From: Bacteriovoracaceae bacterium
GTDB taxonomy: Bacteria > Bdellovibrionota > Bacteriovoracia > Bacteriovoracales > Bacteriovoracaceae
Direction: 5' to 3'
Assembly: GCA_049599895.1 (NCBI GenBank)
Contig: JBMYPC010000041.1
Span: 1-23,582 of the forward strand
DNA length: 23,582 bases
The notes under the pieces were generated by a model. The model did no database searches and was not told the origin of the DNA. It saw only the letters and a program-made list of their open reading frames with translations. Positions 8,079-15,896 of the stretch are shown piece after piece. Each line of letters starts with the position of its first letter. The first letter of the stretch is position 1. A program made the position numbers and the translations under genes.

Positions 8079-9356
8079 ATGAATCAAGCTGATATCCATA
8101 GCGAACTGTTCTCAGAATCTTTAAATGTTGTTCCTGGAGGAGTTCACTCCCCGGTTCGAAGTTTTAAAGGTCTTGATATGCCACCAAGGTTTTTTAAAAA
8201 AGCAGATGGAGCTTTTATTGAAGATGTTCAAGGTAAGGATTATATCGACTTTTGCATGAGCTTTGGTCCACTCATTTTAGGTCATAAAAATAAGGCCGTT
8301 AAAGAAGCTGCGACTCAGGCCTTAGAAAATGGTTGGAGCTATGGGGCCTGTGAACCTTATAGTTTAGAGCTTGCCAAAGAAATTCTTAAAAAGATTTCCT
8401 TTGTTGAAAAGATTCGCTTTTTAAACTCTGGAACAGAAGCCGTTATGACGGCCATAAGACTAGCGAGAGGTCATACTAAGAGAAATAAAATCTTAAAGTT
8501 TAACGGATGTTATCACGGTCACGTAGATTCTATGCTGATTAAGGCCGGTAGTGGTCTTGCGGGTGCAACGACTTCTTCTTCAGCGGGAATCCCTGAAGGT
8601 GTTTGTGAAGATACTCTAATTGCTGAACTTGATGATATCGAAGCAGTAAAAAAGATTTTTAGTGATCATCAAAATCAAATCGCCGCTGTGTTGATAGAAC
8701 CCCTTCCGGCCAACAACGGGCTTATGCCTCAATCTCAAGAGTTTCTTGAATTTTTAAGAGAGATTACAAAAGAGAATCAAACACTTCTTGTTTTTGATGA
8801 AGTGATCTCTGGTTTTAGAGTTTCAGTTGGGGGGATGGCCCAAGTGACAGGCATCACTCCTGATATTGTAACTTACGGAAAAATTATTGGAGGAGGCTTC
8901 CCAGTAGGAGCTCTCGCAGCAAAAGCTGAAATTATGGATACCCTTGCTCCTGTAGGTGATGTCTATCAAGCGGGCACCTTAAGCGCAAACCCACTTGCGA
9001 TGGTAGCAGGTCTTGCGAACTTAAAAGCTTTAACAGAAGACACTTACACAAAAATAGAAAACTCAACAAAAGAAATTATTCAGATTCTTGAAACTTGGTT
9101 TCAAGAGTATGAGAATGGAAAATTTTCTCATCTTAAAGTTACTCAAACAAGTTCTCTTTTTTGGATTTCATCAAGAACCAATCTCAAAAAAGCAATCGAC
9201 ATTCCGAGCGACCAAGGCGAAAACTTTAAGCCTCTTTTTGAGACACTCCTTGAAAAGGGAATTTATCTTGCCCCTAATGCCTACGAAGTTGGCTTCGTCT
9301 CTCTTGCTCACAATGATGAAGTGATTCAAGAGTTTAAAAGAAGGCTTTACTCATAA
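8079..9356 (+). CDS. hemL: Glutamate-1-semialdehyde 2,1-aminomutase
   Basis: PGGVHSPVR, NSGTEA, GCYHGH, FDEVISGFR, PLP lysine motif YGKIIGGGFPVG, YQAGTLS. Confidence 0.97.
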   Translation: MNQADIHSELFSESLNVVPGGVHSPVRSFKGLDMPPRFFKKADGAFIEDVQGKDYIDFCMSFGPLILGHKNKAVKEAATQALENGWSYGACEPYSLELAKEILKKISFVEKIRFLNSGTEAVMTAIRLARGHTKRNKILKFNGCYHGHVDSMLIKAGSGLAGATTSSSAGIPEGVCEDTLIAELDDIEAVKKIFSDHQNQIAAVLIEPLPANNGLMPQSQEFLEFLREITKENQTLLVFDEVISGFRVSVGGMAQVTGITPDIVTYGKIIGGGFPVGALAAKAEIMDTLAPVGDVYQAGTLSANPLAMVAGLANLKALTEDTYTKIENSTKEIIQILETWFQEYENGKFSHLKVTQTSSLFWISSRTNLKKAIDIPSDQGENFKPLFETLLEKGIYLAPNAYEVGFVSLAHNDEVIQEFKRRLYS

Positions 9357-9360
9357 AATT

Positions 9361-10272
9361 ATGATATCGAAACCAAAACAAATCTTTTCAAATTTTCGGA
9401 TTGTCTTTTGGCTAAGTATCTCTATGCTCACCTTGATTCTTGCCATGGGAGTGTGGTGGCTCTATCTCGTGAATCATATGAGTGAACAGCTGCGCTCTGT
9501 TGGCGGTGATGTCCCTAATGTTGTCAAAATTGTTCTTTGGGAAGGAACAACTTTTTTGATTCTCATCGTGTTTCTCACTATGACTCTCACCTATTATTAC
9601 CTGAGAAGTATTCAAAGAACGAAAGCCGTTCAGGCCTTCTTCGCTTCTTTAACTCATGAACTCAAAACTCCCCTTGCCTCACTCAAGCTTCAGGCCGAAG
9701 TTTTAAAGGAAAAGTGCAGTGGTTTTAATGACCAATCCATTGATGTCCTTTTTGAAAGGATGACGGAAGAGGCCAATAACCTTGAAACTCAGATGGATAA
9801 AATCCTTCATCTCTCTATGGTTGAACGAAAGGCCAAACTCACTCCAACCAATGTCAATCTCGATCAAAAATTAAGCTCTCTTCTTGAGAAATATAAATCA
9901 ACTCTTCAGGTCAATGTCTCTAATGAACTTAAAGATTCTTCTATTCTTTGTGATGCTATTGCTTTAGAGCTCATTCTTAAAAACCTTTTTGAAAATACCA
10001 AAAGGCATTCAAAGGAAAAAAGAGCTGATATTTCAATAACTGAAAAAGGACCTGAAGTTCTTTTGACCTATAAAGATCTTTCTCCCTTTAAAGGCAATAC
10101 TGAAAAGATGGGAGAACTTTTTCAAAAATCAAAAGACTCAAAAGGTTCCGGTATCGGTCTTTATCTTATTAAGAAGCTCATGCTTGCCATGAATGGTCGC
10201 TGTGAATGGGACCTTCAAGGACCTTTTCAAACAAAGCTTTTCTTTCAAAAAGTGAAAGGAGATCTTTCGTGA
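9361..10272 (+). CDS. Two-TM sensor histidine kinase inside the hem operon (Leptospira HemK/Hklep-like by synteny)
   Basis: Two hydrophobic helices with a short loop; H-box THELKTPLASL, N-box NLFEN, G2 box GSGIGLYL; G1 box degenerate. Confidence 0.9.
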   Translation: MISKPKQIFSNFRIVFWLSISMLTLILAMGVWWLYLVNHMSEQLRSVGGDVPNVVKIVLWEGTTFLILIVFLTMTLTYYYLRSIQRTKAVQAFFASLTHELKTPLASLKLQAEVLKEKCSGFNDQSIDVLFERMTEEANNLETQMDKILHLSMVERKAKLTPTNVNLDQKLSSLLEKYKSTLQVNVSNELKDSSILCDAIALELILKNLFENTKRHSKEKRADISITEKGPEVLLTYKDLSPFKGNTEKMGELFQKSKDSKGSGIGLYLIKKLMLAMNGRCEWDLQGPFQTKLFFQKVKGDLS

Positions 10273-10970
10273 GTTTAAACTCTAAAAATATTCTTCTGGT
10301 GGAAGACGAGCCAAATCTAGGAAAAACTCTTTCTGAATATTTAGGATCTATTGGTCATCACTGTCATTGGGCGCAAAATGTCAAAGAGGCAAAAGACCTC
10401 TACTCTTCTCACTCTCCTGATGTCATTCTTATGGATATCGGCCTTCCTGATGGCAATGGACTAGAGCTTGCCAGAGAGATTAGAGAAAACGATAAGTCCA
10501 TAGGTCTTCTTTTTCTCTCAGCTTTAAATGATCCTGAAACGAGACTGGAAGGACTTGAGCTTGGAGGAGATGATTACATCACAAAACCCTTTGCTCTTAG
10601 AGAACTTGTTCTTAGACTGGAAAAAGTTTTTGAGACCCAAAAGTCTCATTCTTCTCTTGCTCCAGAGATCACTCATGGAAAACTTAAGATTTGGTTTAAA
10701 AAGTTTGAAGTGAGGGATGCCAACGGTTTTATTCTCAAGCTTTCTCAAAAAGAATGTGAAATTCTCCAACTCCTTTATGAGAAAATTGGAGAAGCTGTTT
10801 CACGAGAAGAAATTATTGAAAAGATTTGGGGTGATGATAAATATCCTTCAAACAGAACAGTGGATAATTATATTGTTAAATTAAGAAAATGGGCAGAAAC
10901 CGATGATTCGAAAGCATTAGAAATCATGAGCATTCGATCTGTGGGTTATAAACTTGTTATTACAAAATAA
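10269..10970 (+). CDS. OmpR/PhoB-family response regulator (HemR-like by synteny)
   Basis: LLVEDE, MDIGLPDGNG, DDYITKPF, wHTH SNRTVDNYIVKLRK; GTG at 10269 overlaps the kinase stop (GTGA) after an AAAGGAG SD. Confidence 0.93.
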   Translation: MSLNSKNILLVEDEPNLGKTLSEYLGSIGHHCHWAQNVKEAKDLYSSHSPDVILMDIGLPDGNGLELAREIRENDKSIGLLFLSALNDPETRLEGLELGGDDYITKPFALRELVLRLEKVFETQKSHSSLAPEITHGKLKIWFKKFEVRDANGFILKLSQKECEILQLLYEKIGEAVSREEIIEKIWGDDKYPSNRTVDNYIVKLRKWAETDDSKALEIMSIRSVGYKLVITK

Positions 10971-10980
10971 AGGATAAAGA

Positions 10981-11991
10981 ATGGGACTATTTGATCAAAC
11001 TGAAAAACTACCAATTTGGTTTATGAGACAAGCGGGAAGATACCATAGTCATTATCAAAATATTCGAAAGAATTCGAATTTTATGACCATGTGTAAAAGC
11101 CCAGATCTTGCAACTGAAATCACCATGGGTCCTATTGATGACTTTGATTTCGATGCTGCGATTCTTTTTAGTGATCTTCTGTTTCCACTGGAAGCTTTAG
11201 ATATGGGTCTCACCTATGTGAATGGTCCACCAGAGCTCGCTTATCGCATCGAAACTCTTGAAGATATAAATAAGCTTAAGCCAGTTGAAAACCCAACAGA
11301 GTTCTTTGACTTTCAAAGACTTGCTCTTGAAAAGCTTAAAACGACTCTTCCTCAAACAAAATCACTTCTTGGTTTTGTTGGTGCTCCATTCACTCTTTAC
11401 ACTTATGCAGTTGAAGGAGCTCACAAAGGAAATCTTATTTCCTCTAAAAAAGGTTTAAGAGATGGAAGGTTCGAAAGGTTTTACGAACTTCTTACACCTC
11501 TTGTTCTTGAAGAGATGAGAGTTCAGGCAAAGGCCAACCCAACAGCAATCTGCTTATTTGATACAGCAGCCGGAGAACTAGACTATTTTGATTATTTTGA
11601 ATACGCCTTCAATCCAATGAATCAAATCATAAAAAGTTTTAAAGCAGAGTATCCCGATACAAAAATTATCTATTACTCACGAGGAACGAATCTTAATCAA
11701 CTCAAAAAAATTGATTTCACTCATATCGATGTTTTAGGAGTTGATTGGAGACAACCTCTCACAGAGTTTTTTAAAGAAATTCCAACTCATGTAAAAATTC
11801 AAGGAAACCTTGACCCTGCACTTCTTCATCTAGACTGGTCTTCTCTTGAGAAGAAACTCAAACAACTTTTTTCTCAATTTAATGGAGAACTTCCTAAAGA
11901 CCGTTGGGTCTTTGGCCTTGGTCATGGAGTCCTGCCAAAAACTCCTGAAGAAAATGTTCGAAATGTTGTTAAATTTGTAAGAGAGCAATAA
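10981..11991 (+). CDS. hemE: Uroporphyrinogen decarboxylase
   Basis: PIWFMRQAGRY, DAAILFSDL, GFVGAPFTL, QGNLDP and LGHG motifs. Confidence 0.97.
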   Translation: MGLFDQTEKLPIWFMRQAGRYHSHYQNIRKNSNFMTMCKSPDLATEITMGPIDDFDFDAAILFSDLLFPLEALDMGLTYVNGPPELAYRIETLEDINKLKPVENPTEFFDFQRLALEKLKTTLPQTKSLLGFVGAPFTLYTYAVEGAHKGNLISSKKGLRDGRFERFYELLTPLVLEEMRVQAKANPTAICLFDTAAGELDYFDYFEYAFNPMNQIIKSFKAEYPDTKIIYYSRGTNLNQLKKIDFTHIDVLGVDWRQPLTEFFKEIPTHVKIQGNLDPALLHLDWSSLEKKLKQLFSQFNGELPKDRWVFGLGHGVLPKTPEENVRNVVKFVREQ

Positions 11992-12021
11992 AAAAAGCCG
12001 ACCATTGGTCGGCTTAACTTT
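11990..12021. terminator. Intrinsic terminator between convergent hemE and the LysM gene
   Basis: AAGCCGACC-ATT-GGTCGGCTT perfect stem (11995-12015) with a left A-tract, giving a strong U-tail on the minus strand. Confidence 0.85.
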
Positions 12022-12074
12022 CTAGGAACCCAGCAATAATAATAATAAAGCTGATTGATCCTAATAGTGCTTGA

Positions 12075-12896
12075 TTATCCAATATTAAATTTGAGTCCCT
12101 TTTCACCTTCGATGAAATCAATTTGAATCTTTTCTTCAAATTTTAAGAATGTGAAATCTGGATTAAGAGAGTTCCTACGATCTTCATCGCTCCAATGAAC
12201 TTGAGATTTTGCCTTTTTCTTTACAGGCTTTGCCCCAACATTGACGTCATCATTCGCCACACTTCGTGATGGAATCACAAGTGTATCTCCTGCAAGAATA
12301 AAGTCGGGACTTTTAATCTGAGGATTAAGGGCCATGAGTTCTTTCATCGGTCCCTGATTAAGATTCCAAAGTTTTTTTCCACCTAAAAACTTAAGAGCGA
12401 TTTCAGATAGAGTCTCACCTTCTTGAACCATATAAGTTTTCTTATTCGCAAGCTTTGAAACTTTGTCCTTCCAATCTGTTGAAGTATTAGGAACACGATA
12501 ATCTTTTTTTGAATCATCTGTATCGACTTTCGTTACTTTTAAAGGTGTTACAGCAACTCCTGGAGCCTTCGCAACAACTCGAGGCTTAACCTGAACAGTC
12601 CCAGTATTTTTCATCCCCGCAAGATAGCTTTCAACATAATCATTATCTGGAAGATTAATTTTCCAACCAATTCGAATATAATCAACGTCATCAAACTTCT
12701 CAGCATTAAGTTCTTTAATAAGCTCTAAACTTTGCCTCCACGTCAATGATGGATATTCTTTTGCAAAGTCCATAGCAATTTGTGAGAGCGAGTCCCCTCT
12801 TTGAACTTCATAAACACTTTCAGCTCCAAACAGCTGAGGTGCCATAATGATCGAACCAACAACGAGAGTGGTTTTTGAGATCAAATTTGCCGACAT
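12075..12896 (-). CDS. Secreted protein with two LysM peptidoglycan-binding domains
   Basis: Signal-peptide-like N-terminus; YEVQRGDSLSQIA...ELN...YIRIGWKINLP and YMVQEGETLSEIA...LNPQI..PDFILAGDTLVIP; AAGGAG SD (12902-12907) before ATG at 12896. Confidence 0.9.
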   Translation of the reverse strand: MSANLISKTTLVVGSIIMAPQLFGAESVYEVQRGDSLSQIAMDFAKEYPSLTWRQSLELIKELNAEKFDDVDYIRIGWKINLPDNDYVESYLAGMKNTGTVQVKPRVVAKAPGVAVTPLKVTKVDTDDSKKDYRVPNTSTDWKDKVSKLANKKTYMVQEGETLSEIALKFLGGKKLWNLNQGPMKELMALNPQIKSPDFILAGDTLVIPSRSVANDDVNVGAKPVKKKAKSQVHWSDEDRRNSLNPDFTFLKFEEKIQIDFIEGEKGLKFNIG

Positions 12897-12971
12897 GAAT
12901 GCTCCTTCATTGGCCTTAAGGTTATACAATTGAGGCCAAAATTAATCGTTAATAACTCAAGATATCTTTCG

Positions 12972-12996
12972 TATCGGAACTCCAACCCGGGACTCA
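12972..12996 (-). promoter_or_regulatory. Candidate sigma28 (FliA) promoter for the LysM gene
   Basis: TGAG-N15-CCGATA on the minus strand; spacing matches the sigma28 AAAG-N15-CCGATA geometry, -35 imperfect. Confidence 0.4.
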
Positions 12997-13052
12997 CCTC
13001 CTAATTTATATATTTTTCTAAAAGGAACATTTTGCCGCTCCCCAAAAAGCCC

Positions 13053-13310
13053 AAAAAGTGCCAGGTACTTTTTAGGGAATGTCAGAAAATTTGGAGTGAA
13101 CCTTTTAGAAACATCCTAAAATTCCATAAAAACCGAGTATTGGAGTTATTTTTGAAAAAGAGCCGCTTAAACTTCTCTCTGAATGGGCATTTTCCAGACT
13201 TTTCTTACAATTCCTAAAAAGTACCTGGCACTTTTTTGCAGACTTTTCTTACAATTCCTAAAAAGTACCTGGCACTTTTTTGTGGCACTTTTTTGCACTT
13301 TTTACTTTTT
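13053..13310. repeat. REP/REPIN-like palindromic element: inverted arms, an exact 44-bp tandem duplication and shortening sub-repeats
   Basis: Core AAAAAGTACCTGGCACTTTTT at 13216-13236 and 13260-13280, inverted at 13053-13073. The 37-bp arms (13053-13089 vs 13200-13236) match at 34/37. 13195-13238 is identical to 13239-13282. Confidence 0.9.
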
Positions 13311-13316
13311 AGGGGC

Positions 13317-14093
13317 TTAGGCGTCGAAGCTTCCCATTGCGGACATTCCGGAGTCGACGTAGATGATTTGTCCGGTAACTCCGTTTGAGAGATCACTTGC
13401 AAGGTAGACTGCGGATCCACCAACGTCTGTTGGGGTGACGTTTTTTCTAAGAGGTGATTTTCCTTCGACGGCTTCGAAGATTTTTCGAAGTCCTGGAACA
13501 CCACTTGCCGCAAGCGTACGGATAGGGCCCGCTGAAATGCAGTTCACCCTGATTCCTTTTTCACCAAGATCGTGAGCAAGGTATCTTGATGATGCTTCAA
13601 GAGCTGCTTTTGCGACACCCATGACATTGTAGCCGGGGATCACATGAGTTGAGCCTTGATAAGTCATAGCAAGGACTGAGCCGTTATCGTTCATAAGGTC
13701 TTTTAAGTGATGGCATAATCCAATTAATGAAAATGCTGAAATATCACAGGCCATTTGAAAACCAGCTCTTGATGTATCGGAAAAGTTTGCTTTTAAATCG
13801 TTTCGATCAGCGAAGGCCAAAGAGTGAACGAGGATATCAAACTTCCCCCACTCTTTTTCAACAACTTCTTTAAGGCTTGTGTAATGATCTTCATTTGTCA
13901 CATCCATCTCTGTTAAAAAGTCGGCACCGATTTCTTCAGAAAGAGGTTCCACTCGTTTTTTAAGGGCATCGTTAAGATATGTAAGCCCTACACTAGCACC
14001 GTGCTTTTTAAACTCTTGGCAAATTCCCCAGGCAATAGATTTTTCGTTAGCAATACCGAGAATTAAGGCCTTTTTCCCTTGAAGAATAGACAC
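13317..14093 (-). CDS. fabI: Enoyl-ACP reductase (NADH)
   Basis: GIANEKSIAWGI, DILVHSLAFA, YNVMGVAKAALE and ISAGPIRTLAA motifs; GTG start with AAGGAG SD. Confidence 0.97.
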   Translation of the reverse strand: MSILQGKKALILGIANEKSIAWGICQEFKKHGASVGLTYLNDALKKRVEPLSEEIGADFLTEMDVTNEDHYTSLKEVVEKEWGKFDILVHSLAFADRNDLKANFSDTSRAGFQMACDISAFSLIGLCHHLKDLMNDNGSVLAMTYQGSTHVIPGYNVMGVAKAALEASSRYLAHDLGEKGIRVNCISAGPIRTLAASGVPGLRKIFEAVEGKSPLRKNVTPTDVGGSAVYLASDLSNGVTGQIIYVDSGMSAMGSFDA

Positions 14094-14129
14094 GATTTGA
14101 CTCCTTAATGTGAGATTTAATATGGCGGA

Positions 14130-14158
14130 AGTATACCTAGTGAGAGGCGGTTAATCAA
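14130..14158 (-). promoter_or_regulatory. sigma70-type promoter for fabI
   Basis: TTGATT (14158-14153), 17 nt, TATACT (14135-14130) on the minus strand. Confidence 0.55.
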
Positions 14159-14895
14159 TTTTCTGAAGAATCTGAAAAGCCTGAATTAGCAGGAGCGTTA
14201 TACTGGTAACCAACTCCTCGAATGCTTTGAAAGTATTCCTTTTGGCCTTCTTCGTCGCGACCAAAGTATTTTCGAAGCCGGACAATAAAATTATCAACTG
14301 TACGGCTCATCACATTCTCCATTCCCCAACCCTTTTTAAGAAGTTCATCACGAGAAAGGGGAGCTCCAGGGTTATCAAAAAAGAGCTTAAGAACTCTCAC
14401 CTCTTGTAAGGTTAGTTTTAGCTCACCATTAGCGGTCTCGGCGACACCTCCGATGAGATCAACTTTGTTTGGCCCAAAGACATAGGTTGAACTTTTTTTG
14501 TTCTGATCTTCATTGAGCCAATCATTTCTTTGCAACAATCTCTTGACTCGCAAAAGAAGTTCATCAAGATCAAAAGGCTTGGTTTGGTAATCATCGACCC
14601 CAAGCTCTAGACATTTCACTTTCTCAACACTTTGATCCTTTGCTGAAAGAACGAGAATGGGAAGTCTGTCATCTATCGAGCGAATTTTTCGGATAATTTT
14701 TTCACCGGGGATAATCGGTAACATAAGATCGAGCAAAACGAGGTCCCAAGACTGTTCTTTTAAAAGAGTGAGGGCCTTTTCCCCATCGCTTGCAATCTCG
14801 GCTTCATGGCCTTGAAGATTGAGGTTTAACTTCAACCCCTCAGCAATATGTTTTTCATCTTCAACAATCAAGATTTTTGATTTTACTGAACTCAT
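14155..14895 (-). CDS. OmpR/PhoB-family response regulator
   Basis: ILIVEDE, LLDLMLP, DDYQTKPF, SRTVDNFIVRLRK and IRGVGY motifs. Confidence 0.95.
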   Translation of the reverse strand: MSSVKSKILIVEDEKHIAEGLKLNLNLQGHEAEIASDGEKALTLLKEQSWDLVLLDLMLPIIPGEKIIRKIRSIDDRLPILVLSAKDQSVEKVKCLELGVDDYQTKPFDLDELLLRVKRLLQRNDWLNEDQNKKSSTYVFGPNKVDLIGGVAETANGELKLTLQEVRVLKLFFDNPGAPLSRDELLKKGWGMENVMSRTVDNFIVRLRKYFGRDEEGQKEYFQSIRGVGYQYNAPANSGFSDSSEN

Positions 14896-14897
14896 GT

Positions 14898-15869
14898 TTA
14901 ATTAATCTCTTGTTTTAAAGGAAGGACAACTTCAAACTTTGTCACCATATTCCCTTTATCGTTTTCTTCCCGTAAATCAAAAAGGGAGATTTTGCCTTTA
15001 TGATGTTTCACAATGATTGAAGCAAGGTAAAGACCAATTCCTGACCCTTTGACGGAGTATCCCACTTGAAAAAACTTTTTAAAAATTTTCTTATGATATT
15101 TTTTTGAAACCCCAATTCCATTATCTGAAACTGAAATAAAAAATTCTTTTTGACTTGCCCCATTTGGGCCAACACTAATTTGAATCTGAGGTTCATCAGA
15201 ACGATTGTGTTCAATACCATTTACGATCAGGTTGACTACAAGCATGCGAAAAAGCTCAATATCCACTTCCGCTTGAAGTGGGCCTTGCTGCTTATCGTAT
15301 AAAAGAGAAATTTTGGCTTTATCAAAGCGATGCTCAATCTCACTGACAAATCCTGAAATAAACTCCGTGACGTTAATCATTTCAAAATTGGCCTTGTACT
15401 TTCGTTCCTCTAACCTTCCTAAACTTAAAATCTGCTGAACATTGGTGGAAAGCCTCTTTGTGTCTTCAATCATATAATCAAGATATTGAGTCTGTTGTTC
15501 AGCAGGAAGCTGATGCTTTTTAAATGTATCAAGATAAAGCTTTAAACTCGCAATGGGTGTTTTCAATTCATGGGTGAAACCATTAATGAAGTTTTGCTGG
15601 AGTCGATAGAGTTCATTTGATCTTTGATAGGTGACAAATATCAGTAAAAGGCCCATGAGTATTACGGCCACGAGTAGAGAAAGAATAAGAATTGTCACCC
15701 AGGTCTGGGGTTGAGCAAATTTAGTGGGATCAAAGTTATGAGTTACCAAAAACTTTTGAAATGCTTCATTGACTTGTAAATATGAGCGAATGTAAACAAA
15801 AAGGGAAAGCCCCAGAGCAAGAAAAGAGATGACAAATATAGACGCTGGGCGAAAAAACCACTTTGGCAT
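14898..15869 (-). CDS. Two-TM sensor histidine kinase
   Basis: THELKTPIASL, NLIVNG, DNGIG and GSGIGLYL motifs; ATG at 15869 (MPKWFF) has a GAGAG SD and avoids overlapping deoC. Confidence 0.93.
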   Translation of the reverse strand: MPKWFFRPASIFVISFLALGLSLFVYIRSYLQVNEAFQKFLVTHNFDPTKFAQPQTWVTILILSLLVAVILMGLLLIFVTYQRSNELYRLQQNFINGFTHELKTPIASLKLYLDTFKKHQLPAEQQTQYLDYMIEDTKRLSTNVQQILSLGRLEERKYKANFEMINVTEFISGFVSEIEHRFDKAKISLLYDKQQGPLQAEVDIELFRMLVVNLIVNGIEHNRSDEPQIQISVGPNGASQKEFFISVSDNGIGVSKKYHKKIFKKFFQVGYSVKGSGIGLYLASIIVKHHKGKISLFDLREENDKGNMVTKFEVVLPLKQEIN

Positions 15870-15896
15870 AAACTCTCTTATCATGAAGGAAAGAAA

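Noticed and set aside
10206..10268. Longer N-terminus of the hem response regulator given in the ORF track
   Set aside because: It overlaps the kinase by 67 nt; the GTG at 10269 has a good SD and a coupled GTGA junction.
12014..12082. 22-aa hydrophobic ORF on the minus strand (MDNQALLGSISFIIIIAGFLES) overlapping the LysM stop
   Set aside because: TTG start without a good SD; hydrophobicity comes mainly from an (ATT)4 run; the stop falls in the terminator stem.
12897..13020. c-di-GMP or c-di-AMP riboswitch upstream of the LysM gene
   Set aside because: Only small hairpins are present; I could not find the conserved aptamer motifs. An Rfam scan would be decisive.
13195..13282. Direct repeats as a mini CRISPR array
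   Set aside because: The two 44-bp units are contiguous and identical with no unique spacers, and there are no cas genes.
13032..13513. ORFs 13032-13217 (+) and 13214-13513 (-)
   Set aside because: They read through the repeat element or overlap fabI out of frame and have no protein-like features.
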